A DNA stretch of 47,711 nt. Source: Gammaproteobacteria bacterium. Its GTDB lineage: Bacteria; Pseudomonadota; Gammaproteobacteria; Chromatiales; Chromatiaceae. Shown one piece after another: positions 26,357-34,926 of this stretch. Every line of letters begins with the position of its first letter. Within the stretch, counting starts at the first letter, position 1. The stretch is from positions 1 to 47,711 of the forward strand of contig JASJBU010000004.1 of the NCBI GenBank assembly GCA_030066355.1. Reading direction: 5' to 3'. The notes beneath the pieces are model-generated. The model did not search any database. It worked only from the letters and a program-made list of their open reading frames with translations, and was not told where the DNA came from. A program made the position numbers and the translations under genes.

Positions 26357-26831
26357 TTAGTTTTTCATTCAGTAACGCCACAGAAGCCTGAATCGCGTCC
26401 CGCGGCCCGCTACGCTCCTCTTTTTCCAACATCTCAGCATAGAGCGGCTGTATGATCTCCAGCGCAGCCGCATCGGGACGGCGCCGTACGGAATAGTAGC
26501 CCACCCGTTTTCCTTGTGAGTCGTACGTGGGGGTCAGATTGGCGAACACCCAATAATAACCGCCATCCTTACAAAGGTTTTTTATGTATCCGAAAAATTC
26601 ACGACCCTGCTGGAGGTTTTGCCACAACAGATGAAAGACACCACGTGGCATATCCGGATGTCGCACGATATTGTGTTGACTGCCCAGCAGTTCGTTTTCA
26701 CGATACCCGGACAATGCCATGAAGACCCGGTTACAATAGGTGATCCGCCCCCTGGTATCGGTCTTGGATACAATGAAATCCTCTGCTTTCAGGGTCCTTT
26801 CAACATTGGTTGGATGGATATGTCGTTTCAT
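26313..26831 (-). CDS. PAS-domain protein (Aer-type PAS plus F1-like linker)
   Basis: 172 aa. [80 protein letters not shown] is the Aer-like N-terminal PAS signature. Its 3' end overlaps the start of the downstream MCP in another frame. Confidence 0.8.
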   Translation of the reverse strand: MKRHIHPTNVERTLKAEDFIVSKTDTRGRITYCNRVFMALSGYRENELLGSQHNIVRHPDMPRGVFHLLWQNLQQGREFFGYIKNLCKDGGYYWVFANLTPTYDSQGKRVGYYSVRRRPDAAALEIIQPLYAEMLEKEERSGPRDAIQASVALLNEKLSARKSDYEHFVLEI

Positions 26832-26972
26832 CTTGCGGAGAACGGTCTGATGATTATGGTCAAACGCACAACACTCACTTCGGTAGCGTTCATTGGGCGG
26901 AAATATTTAGGGGCTGCTGAAACGCGGCGAATTGTTGGTTCGCCTGACCGGTAAAACCGTTATAATCCTCTG

Positions 26973-28175
26973 GTGGAGATCGCGAAGAGACATAGAGCCA
27001 GTGAAATGCTGAAGCAGCTTTTTGCCAAGGAAGAGCAAAAAGTCGAGCGTTTTGCAAACAGCATCCGGTTCATACTCTCTTTTGTCTATATCGGCACCGC
27101 CTTCAGTTTCAAAAACCAGATATCTCCCGGGGCCTTCAACGCCATCATTATCGTTGCACTGTTGAATCTGGCCTATGTGGCATCGGTCTATCTCGAACTC
27201 AAAAAAGAGCACCCGGCCAACTGGGTCAAATCCACATCGATCCTTCTGGATATCGTCCTGTTGTCGGTTGTGGTCTACTCATTTGGCGCCTACCGAACAT
27301 TCAAGACCGATGTCTTTCTGCTGTACTTTCTGTGGATCGGCATGGCAGCCATGAAGTCGTCCATCAGGCTGACCCTGGTTGCCGGCGGTTTGAGTATGAC
27401 ACTGTATTTCCTGATCGCCAGTATCGCCATCAATACCGGATCGATCGAGCTGGGCACATTCAACGAGTCTCTGACGACCCACAGGGTCAGTCAGAGCGGT
27501 CTGGCGATCCAGCTCATCTCCCTGGCAGTGTTTGCAATGCTGGCGGGCCTGATCTCCTTCATGTTCCGGGATATCACTGCCAGAGCTGTCCGAGAAGACC
27601 TGCTGGAAGAGAAGAACACAAAACTGAACGTGACCTTGCACAAGTTACGTTCGACCCAGAAACAATTGGCGGCCCGCAACCGGGAGTTGGCGACACTCTA
27701 TGAAATCGATGCCCTGACTCAACTCTTCAACCGGCGCAAAATCGACCTGATCCTCCAGGAGGCGATCATTGAAAGTGACAACACCTCCGAGCCCCTGACC
27801 CTGATTATGCTGGATATCGATCTGCTCAAGCAGATCAACGATGAATACGGTCACCAGACCGGTGACCGGATCATCCGCAGTATCGCCGATCATTTACGAC
27901 TCACGGCCCGCGGCAATGACAACATTGGCCGCTGGGGCGGAGAAAAATACCTGATCGTCTGCCCAGACACCGATCACGAGGCCGCACAGATTCTCAGTGA
28001 GCGTCTCAGAAAACGCATTGAAACCTGCGATTTCGATATCAAGGCACCGGTCACCTGTAGTCTTGGCGTCACCGTCCACCACAAGGGCGAAACCGCCACT
28101 GCACTGTTGAAACGGGCAGACGATGCCCTGTTACAGGCCAAAGAGGCGGGCAAAAACCAAGTCTGCATCCTCTGA
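26973..28175 (+). CDS. Membrane-bound GGDEF-domain protein with a non-canonical GGEKY active-site motif
   Basis: About 190 aa of multi-TM N-terminus, a coiled-coil linker, then DALTQLFNRRKID..LIMLDIDLLKQINDEYGHQTGD..RGNDNIGRWGGEKYLIV. The GTG start follows a tataat at 26961; an alternative ATG is at 27006. Confidence 0.85.
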   Translation: MEIAKRHRASEMLKQLFAKEEQKVERFANSIRFILSFVYIGTAFSFKNQISPGAFNAIIIVALLNLAYVASVYLELKKEHPANWVKSTSILLDIVLLSVVVYSFGAYRTFKTDVFLLYFLWIGMAAMKSSIRLTLVAGGLSMTLYFLIASIAINTGSIELGTFNESLTTHRVSQSGLAIQLISLAVFAMLAGLISFMFRDITARAVREDLLEEKNTKLNVTLHKLRSTQKQLAARNRELATLYEIDALTQLFNRRKIDLILQEAIIESDNTSEPLTLIMLDIDLLKQINDEYGHQTGDRIIRSIADHLRLTARGNDNIGRWGGEKYLIVCPDTDHEAAQILSERLRKRIETCDFDIKAPVTCSLGVTVHHKGETATALLKRADDALLQAKEAGKNQVCIL

Positions 28176-28193
28176 TGCTGCCCTGAAACAGGA

Positions 28194-31100
28194 TCAACGG
28201 CCGATCAAGCGGTAAACGGACGGGATCAGCACCAGCGTCACCAGCGTGGAAAACAACAGACCCGAGACCATGGTGACCGCCAAGGGTTGGAGCATCTCGG
28301 AACCCTCCCCCAACGCCATGGCCAACGGCAACATCCCAGCCACCGTGGTCAAGGTGGTCATGAGGATCGGCCGCAACCGCAGTCTGGCGGCCTCGATGAT
28401 CGCCTCGTTGCGGGGACGTCCCGCCGTGCGCTGCAGGCCGATATACTCCACCAGCACGATGGCATTGTTGACCAGGATTCCCGCCAGCATGATCAATCCC
28501 AACCACACCGGCATGGACAGCGGCAAGTCGGCCCAACGCAGACCAATCGCCACGCCGATCACCCCGAAGGGTACACTGAACATGATCACCAGGGGGTTGC
28601 GCAGGGATTCATACTGTACCGCCATCACCACCAGCACCAAGAACAGAGCCAGTCCCAAGAGGAGTTCCCCCAGGTTACGCCCTTCCTTGAGAGCCTCCAG
28701 GCTACCGGCCTCGTAGATCGAGTAACCCCGGGGCAGATCCAGACTCTCGAGCACATCTTTGACCCGGTTCAACGCCTCTGCCAGGGTCAACTCGTCACTC
28801 AGGGACGCGCTCACCTCCACCACCCGGCGCTGACGGTCTCGATGGATGGCGGCCGGAGTGGGGATGAATTCCACACTCGCCAGTTCGCCCAAACGCAGCG
28901 GAACCCGGGGTTCGGTCCGGCTGAAGATGATGACTGATTCGATGTCACTCGGCGAGGCGAGATCGGTGCGTTTCAGGCGCAGGCGCACATCGATACTACG
29001 ATCTCCCTGGATAAAATCGGTGACCCTCTCCCCTCCCAAGGCAAGCTTGAGAATCTCGCCCACATCCTCGACACTCAACCCGAAACTGGTGGCCCGCTCC
29101 CGATCCACCTTCAAGGAGATCTCCTGAGTCAGATCTTCGCTGGTATGGGTCAGATTGCGCAGTCCCTCCATGTCATCCAGGCGCTCCATGACTTGGTCGG
29201 CGAGCCGGCTCAATTGGTTCAAATCCGGCCCCTGGATCCGCAGGCTGAGGTCGTCATCACCCTGATTGAGCCGAATTCCCCGAATTCCCCTGACCCGCAT
29301 ATAGACCTTGATGCCCACGAGCTTGGCCTCACGGATCTGTTGTTTCATGCGCTCGATCCAGGCCTGGCTGCTGATCCCGCCGGCCCGTTGCGGTTTCAGG
29401 GTCACCTGAATGCTCGCCCGGTTGGCTGACTCGTGCTCCGTTCTGCCGAAGACGAAGCCACCGACCTGGGCAAACTGGCTCTCCACCTCGGGCTGGGCGG
29501 CGATCATCGTCTCGAGCCGACGCACGACCTGATCCATCCCCTGCAGATTGATGCCCCGGTCAGCGGTCACACTGATGTAGATACGCCCCTCGTCCATATT
29601 CGGCAGAAATACCTCCTTGGCCTGGTTTAACCAGGGCCAGATCAGCATCAACCCCAGGGTAAAGACCAGGGGTGGTAACCAGGCGGCCTTGAGAATCCAG
29701 CTCACCGTCCAGGCATAGCCCTGCTGCAACCCGTGCATCAGGCGATTGACGATGCGGCGCATCAGGCCCTCACGAGAGGCGGCAATCCGCCCGGCCAGGG
29801 CGGGCACCAGGGTCAGTGCGACCATCAGGGAGGCGATGATTGCCGCCGAGATGGTAAAGATCAGCTCCCGGAACAGCAGCCCCACCAGACCGCCGATGAA
29901 CAGAAACGGCAACACCGCCGCCAGATTGGTGGAAGTCGAGGCCACGATGGCACTGTTGACTTCCGCGGCCGCCTGCTCGGAGATAGCGGGGCCTGGCGGC
30001 TCCCCACTTCGGTGTTGATCACGCTGATGCCGATAGATGTTCTCGAGCATCACTATAGTGCTGTCCACCAGCATTCCGACACCCAGCGCCAGGCCGCCCA
30101 GGGTCATGATGTTGAGGGTCAGGCCGGCGCTCGACATGAGGATAAAGGTCACCAGAATGGCAATGGGGATGGCGCTGCCGATGATCAGGGTGCGCCGCAG
30201 GCTGCCCAGAAAGAGATAGACCACGAGCATCGCCAGCAACGCCCCCATGGCCGCCGAGTTCATGGCATTGTTCAGAGCCCGCCGCACATAGCGGGCTTGA
30301 TCGTCCACCGGTAGAATCTCGATATCCGCCGGGATGATGCCCTGTTGCTGCAGCTCATCGAGCCTGGCCAAGACCCCATCCACCACCTCGATAGTATTTG
30401 CGGTGGGTTGTTTCTGGATCGACAGCTTGATACCCGGCAAACCGTTCAAGCGAATGCGCAGTCGTTCGTCCTCCGCCCCGTCATAGATCTCCGCCACCTC
30501 GAATAATCTCACCAGGCTGCTGGTTTGGGCATCGCCCACGGTGTGCAGGGGCAGCTGCAGAATTTCCTCAACCGATTGAAAGCGTCCATCCGTGCGACCG
30601 CTGATCTCGCCACGCTCCATCAGCAAACGGCCTCCGGCAGTCTCTACGTTGGCGCTCTGCAACAGCTCACTGAGATCCAGCAGATGCATGCCGAGACCAG
30701 CCAGGCGCAGTTGATCCGCCTGGATCAGGATTTCCCGCACCAGACCACCGCCAACCTCCGCCGCCGCCACACCGGGCAAATTCAGAAACCATTTGCTCAG
30801 CTCGTAATCGACCCAACTACGTAACTCTACAGGATCACGCAGGGAAGAACTGACGACGAACTCCGCCACGGGCCGCTGCGAGGGATCCCGCTTATAGATG
30901 ATGGGCGGTTCGATACTCTCCGGCAGAAAGCGCTTGGCCCGATCCAGGCGGGTACTGGCATCCCGCAGCGCTTTATCGATATCGGTCCCGTAGGCAAACG
31001 AGAGATCCACGGCGCTGCGGCCCTCGGTAGTGCGGGACTGGATATGCATGGCGTCCTCGGTGATCGCCAACTGCTCCTCGAGCTGTCGGGTGATCTGATC

Positions 31101-31298
31101 TTCCATGATCTTCGCCGGCACCCCCGGATCCACTACTCGTACCCGTATATCGGGATAGATGATATGCGGCAGCAGATCAACACCCAGTCTGCCAAGGGCA
31201 AACAGCCCGAGCACCATCACCGCCAGGGTGATCATCACCACACCGATGGGATGCCGGATGGACCAGGCGGCAAGGCCACCGCCGATGACTTTTCGCAT
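28194..31298 (-). CDS. RND-family efflux transporter permease (AcrB/HAE1-like)
   Basis: 1034 aa, 12-TM architecture. The N-terminus SIRHPIGVVMITLAVMVLGLFALGRLGVDLLP and the length are typical of the family. Confidence 0.95.
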   Translation of the reverse strand: MRKVIGGGLAAWSIRHPIGVVMITLAVMVLGLFALGRLGVDLLPHIIYPDIRVRVVDPGVPAKIMEDQITRQLEEQLAITEDAMHIQSRTTEGRSAVDLSFAYGTDIDKALRDASTRLDRAKRFLPESIEPPIIYKRDPSQRPVAEFVVSSSLRDPVELRSWVDYELSKWFLNLPGVAAAEVGGGLVREILIQADQLRLAGLGMHLLDLSELLQSANVETAGGRLLMERGEISGRTDGRFQSVEEILQLPLHTVGDAQTSSLVRLFEVAEIYDGAEDERLRIRLNGLPGIKLSIQKQPTANTIEVVDGVLARLDELQQQGIIPADIEILPVDDQARYVRRALNNAMNSAAMGALLAMLVVYLFLGSLRRTLIIGSAIPIAILVTFILMSSAGLTLNIMTLGGLALGVGMLVDSTIVMLENIYRHQRDQHRSGEPPGPAISEQAAAEVNSAIVASTSTNLAAVLPFLFIGGLVGLLFRELIFTISAAIIASLMVALTLVPALAGRIAASREGLMRRIVNRLMHGLQQGYAWTVSWILKAAWLPPLVFTLGLMLIWPWLNQAKEVFLPNMDEGRIYISVTADRGINLQGMDQVVRRLETMIAAQPEVESQFAQVGGFVFGRTEHESANRASIQVTLKPQRAGGISSQAWIERMKQQIREAKLVGIKVYMRVRGIRGIRLNQGDDDLSLRIQGPDLNQLSRLADQVMERLDDMEGLRNLTHTSEDLTQEISLKVDRERATSFGLSVEDVGEILKLALGGERVTDFIQGDRSIDVRLRLKRTDLASPSDIESVIIFSRTEPRVPLRLGELASVEFIPTPAAIHRDRQRRVVEVSASLSDELTLAEALNRVKDVLESLDLPRGYSIYEAGSLEALKEGRNLGELLLGLALFLVLVVMAVQYESLRNPLVIMFSVPFGVIGVAIGLRWADLPLSMPVWLGLIMLAGILVNNAIVLVEYIGLQRTAGRPRNEAIIEAARLRLRPILMTTLTTVAGMLPLAMALGEGSEMLQPLAVTMVSGLLFSTLVTLVLIPSVYRLIGR

Positions 31299-31415
31299 GC
31301 ACCTACTTCGTGAAAGGGAACCTGCCTCAATGATATGTCAAATCGACGGGTGGATGACACAACCCAGGCACCCGCCCGGGTATATTCGGGGTTATGGATA
31401 GGCTCTACCAGGTCG

Positions 31416-31856
31416 TTATAACCGCAGCTCGCGTTCCATTCGATTCGCGATCAGATCATAACCCTTGAGCCGCAGTTCGGCGATCTCGATATAGTGATCA
31501 TAAGTCCGATTGAGACGGGTGACGGTATCTGCATCGCCACGGGACAGGGCCTCGGCGGCGAAGGATTCCACCAGACCGATGAGGATTCGATAGGCCTCGA
31601 AGTTGGCCTGATGAGACCGGTCGGCAGAGATCATGGAGTTGATTCTGTCGTACTCCAAGATAAGTTCCCGCAGATAGGCGCGATTATAAAACAGCGTCGC
31701 GATTTCGGGCCATTCACAAGTTTCAGCGATGGCGCGCAGTTGATCAATCGTTGCACCCAAGTGATCAATGCTCAGCGTATCACAGGCCGAATGCTGTTCA
31801 GCAGCAGTAGAATAGACAGCCAATAAGAGAACCAATGCCATCGCTAACCTTCCCAT
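31416..31856 (-). CDS. Hypothetical secreted alpha-helical protein
   Basis: 146 aa. Signal peptide MGRLAMALVLLLAVYSTAA. No family recognised. Same strand as the RND gene and 117 nt upstream of it. Confidence 0.5.
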   Translation of the reverse strand: MGRLAMALVLLLAVYSTAAEQHSACDTLSIDHLGATIDQLRAIAETCEWPEIATLFYNRAYLRELILEYDRINSMISADRSHQANFEAYRILIGLVESFAAEALSRGDADTVTRLNRTYDHYIEIAELRLKGYDLIANRMERELRL

Positions 31857-32039
31857 TCCTCAACTCCTTTTATTACAGTTCCATGACAAGTTCCTAAAAA
31901 CTTAGTCGGGCAGTTGGATATGTGCAAGGTAAATATTTCACAGTCAGGCCAGGGCAGCCGCTTCTGTGTGCAGAAAAAAAAGCCCCTTTGCCGGGGCTTT
32001 TCCATGGAAGATTGGACTTGTACTTTCGAGTGCGGATGC

Positions 32040-33125
32040 CTAGGCGACCACCAGATCGTGCTTGGGCAGAAGCTCTCTCAGCACGTAATAACGGTGCATG
32101 GAGGCTGCCTGGTAAAAGCGATACAGGTTGGAGTCGAGGGCCACCTCGGAGTCTTTGCTGTTATCCATTTCGGCAGACTCAAACAACCAGTTTTCTGGAG
32201 CATAGCGGGGAATCTCATATCCCCGTGGGCTCAGCTTCCCTCGCCTGGCCGCAGACAGCCACTGCTTGATCCGCTCCTCCTTCTTCCCTTGGAACCCGAT
32301 GATCTTCTTGACCTCCGGTCTGATGCTATTGAATGTCATCCCGTTTCCTGTCGTGAGTTGCGGATTCTTCCCGGCAAACTTCTTGAACATACTGTGCAGG
32401 GCCAGGCAGCCCTCCATGAAGTCCCTGGGATTGTTGCGGATTTCCTGCCGCTTTTTCGGATACTCATAATCAAAGCCCCAGATCAGATAGGGGCGGTCCG
32501 GATAGGTGGCGACCGCGCCATGTCCCAAGGCACCGGAGATGGTCTCCGCCAGCCAGGATTTCAGATTGGCGAACAGGCCACCGCCCTTCCCAAAGCGGAT
32601 GAAGAAGTCCTCCGCTTTGCCTTCGATGTAATCCCTGATATCAGGGTCCAAGCCACCATCGAACCAGAAGCTGTCGTTGTCCACCTTGTTGCGGCGTGAG
32701 CCGACGCCGGAAAAGCCATGATGCGCGAAGGTATCGCCATAGACATGGGCGGTGATGCCGATCAGATGAGGGCCCATCTCAGACTTCGCATAGCCCAGAT
32801 GGTGCCGGACCATCTCTTTGGCGATCGCGCTGTTCTTCCGGCATAACAGTCGCTCTGAGTAGGTCGTACCTTCATTCCCCGGCAGGAAATGGAAGGGTAC
32901 CCAGACCTGCCGTTGATCCTCCTTGTCCAGATTACACAGTTCCGCGACATGATGCGCCGTGGCCTCCGCATCCACCCGGCCGCCATCCTGAAACTCGATG
33001 TTCATGGCTGCTGCGTTGTCATCCACGAATTGGGCAGCGGTTGCGATGATCCCGGCGGTCTGCTTATTCAAGCCGGCGGCATAGGCTAGGGCAAAGGTGC
33101 CGTAGTAGTGCATATCGAGTTGCAT
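32040..33125 (-). CDS. Hypothetical His-rich protein (possible metal-dependent hydrolase fold)
   Basis: 361 aa with balanced composition. The opposite-strand ORF 31914..32699 is P/L/G/R-rich and was rejected. His-containing motifs: MHYYGTFALAYAAGL, ATAHHVAE, VPFHFLPG, ITAHVYGDTFAHHGFSG, GALGHG. No confident family assignment. Confidence 0.6.
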   Translation of the reverse strand: MQLDMHYYGTFALAYAAGLNKQTAGIIATAAQFVDDNAAAMNIEFQDGGRVDAEATAHHVAELCNLDKEDQRQVWVPFHFLPGNEGTTYSERLLCRKNSAIAKEMVRHHLGYAKSEMGPHLIGITAHVYGDTFAHHGFSGVGSRRNKVDNDSFWFDGGLDPDIRDYIEGKAEDFFIRFGKGGGLFANLKSWLAETISGALGHGAVATYPDRPYLIWGFDYEYPKKRQEIRNNPRDFMEGCLALHSMFKKFAGKNPQLTTGNGMTFNSIRPEVKKIIGFQGKKEERIKQWLSAARRGKLSPRGYEIPRYAPENWLFESAEMDNSKDSEVALDSNLYRFYQAASMHRYYVLRELLPKHDLVVA

Positions 33126-33361
33126 CCTTGGTCTCCTTGTTTCTTCTTGTACGGGTGAAATTGCTCTGCAGGCTCAGTGATCGAGCCTTGTGAGTAAAGT
33201 ATGGCAGCAGGAACGAAACTCGCAAGACACGAGCAGACAGTCATTCGCTCTACTTGACTTCAACCCTTGTCGAGTGAACCTCGGAGTGTAGTCCAAAGAT
33301 TCAAGCAGTTTATCTTCCCGACGATAACTTATTAAATCAGCAATCAACAGTAGGTGACAAA

Positions 33362-34915
33362 TTGACAAGAACAAAGCTCACTATTGATCCGATGACACGA
33401 ATCGAAGGGCATTTGCGCTTCGAGACTCGAGTGGAAAATGGGATGGTCATGGATGCCCATTGCTCCGGGGAGATGTTCCGAGGTATCGAAGCGGCGCTCA
33501 TCGGACACGATGCCCGGGTCGCTCAGCAGGTCACCCAGCGAGTCTGTGGTGTCTGTCCATATGCCCACGCCGAGGCTGCATCACTGGCCCTCGAAGCTGC
33601 CATGGGGATTCGCCCCAATTCCAATGGTCAGTTGCTGCGCAATCTGATCGTCGGAGCCTACCAACTGCAAGATTATCTGCTGCACTTCTACACCCTTTGC
33701 GCATTGGATTTTATCGATGTCACGGCGGTGCTCGACTATAAAGGATCTGATGCCGGGTTGATCGGTTTACGTGAGTGGGTAGCCAGTGAGTTGGTAAGTA
33801 AAAAAATCTTCCCTGCCGCTCCTTTCCTGCCCCGCTATGAGGCCGACTATCTGCAAGACAAAGAACTCAACCACACGGCCATCCGTCACTATCTGGATGC
33901 TCTGCCGATGATGGCGAACTTGCATCGTATGGTGGCGATCTTCGGCGCCAAGGCTCCTCACCCCGTTACGATCGAGGCCGGCGGTGTGACTACTGTGCCG
34001 ACTGTTGATACCTTAATGCACTACCACTCCCTATTGGCCAAGGTGGAACCTTTCATCAAGCAGAGTTTTTTCAACGATGTGGTCGCCGTGGCCAAGGCCT
34101 TCAAGGGCTATTTCCGCGAGGGGAAAGGTTATGGAAACCTGCTGTCCTATGCCTACTTCCCTGACCAGTATGGCGCCAATCACATGACTGCCGGTGGCGC
34201 CACTATCGGAGGACGTTACACTCCACTGGATATACAAAAGGTCACCGAGGACCACCGCTACTCCTATTACGCCAACCAGCCGGACAAAGATCTGCGCCCT
34301 ATGGATGTGCGTCGTCTGGAGCCCATCGATTACGAGCGATACAAGCAGGAACATGGCAAACCCCAGGGCAAGTACAGTTGGACTCGATCTCCGCGCTATG
34401 CCGGTGAAGTGATGGAGGTCGGACCAGCGGCCCGGGTGGTAAACACCTATAAAGCGGGAACCAATCCACAACTGACCGAGCTGGTGGACCGACTCAACCG
34501 GGAGCTGGGCATCAGCATCGAGGATTACCCCTCGGTGATGGGTCGACATCTGAGTCGCTATATCATGTCGCACCTGACTATCGACCGGCTCAAACGCGAC
34601 CTGGCTCTGGTGGAACCTGGCAAGCTTGCCTACGAGGAGCGCGGGGTACCGAAAAACGCCCAAGGTATGGGGCTTACCGAAGCCACCCGCGGTGGTCTGG
34701 CTCACTGGATCGAGACGGATAACGAGGGACGCATCGCCAACTACGAGCTGATCGTACCCACGACCTGGAATATCTCTCCCCGAGATGCAGACGGACGACC
34801 AGGGGCGGTAGAAAAGATGCTGATCGGTACGCGGTTGCGAGATCCGGAGAATCCCATGGAGCTGACGCGAATCGTGCGCTCAACCGATCCCTGTATGGCT
34901 TGTTCGGTACACTAG
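33362..34915 (+). CDS. [NiFe]-hydrogenase large subunit, ending exactly at the C-terminal His (no protease-cleaved extension)
   Basis: 517 aa. TTG start behind AGGTGA. IDPMTRIEGHLRFE. N-terminal Ni-Fe ligands RVCGVCPYAH. C-terminal ligands DPCMACSVH followed immediately by the stop. Confidence 0.9.
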   Translation: MTRTKLTIDPMTRIEGHLRFETRVENGMVMDAHCSGEMFRGIEAALIGHDARVAQQVTQRVCGVCPYAHAEAASLALEAAMGIRPNSNGQLLRNLIVGAYQLQDYLLHFYTLCALDFIDVTAVLDYKGSDAGLIGLREWVASELVSKKIFPAAPFLPRYEADYLQDKELNHTAIRHYLDALPMMANLHRMVAIFGAKAPHPVTIEAGGVTTVPTVDTLMHYHSLLAKVEPFIKQSFFNDVVAVAKAFKGYFREGKGYGNLLSYAYFPDQYGANHMTAGGATIGGRYTPLDIQKVTEDHRYSYYANQPDKDLRPMDVRRLEPIDYERYKQEHGKPQGKYSWTRSPRYAGEVMEVGPAARVVNTYKAGTNPQLTELVDRLNRELGISIEDYPSVMGRHLSRYIMSHLTIDRLKRDLALVEPGKLAYEERGVPKNAQGMGLTEATRGGLAHWIETDNEGRIANYELIVPTTWNISPRDADGRPGAVEKMLIGTRLRDPENPMELTRIVRSTDPCMACSVH

Positions 34916-34926
34916 CGGAGGCCCTC

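Noticed and set aside
31914-32699. 261-aa plus-strand ORF overlapping the 32040-33125 minus-strand gene
   Set aside because: It is Pro/Leu/Gly/Arg-rich and starts in the middle of intergenic DNA. The minus-strand ORF is longer and has balanced, protein-like composition.
33126-33361. Possible sigma-54 promoter (TGGCAGcaggaACGA near 33205) upstream of the hydrogenase operon
   Set aside because: The -12 element does not match TTGC and the spacing is off, so it is not supportable from sequence alone.
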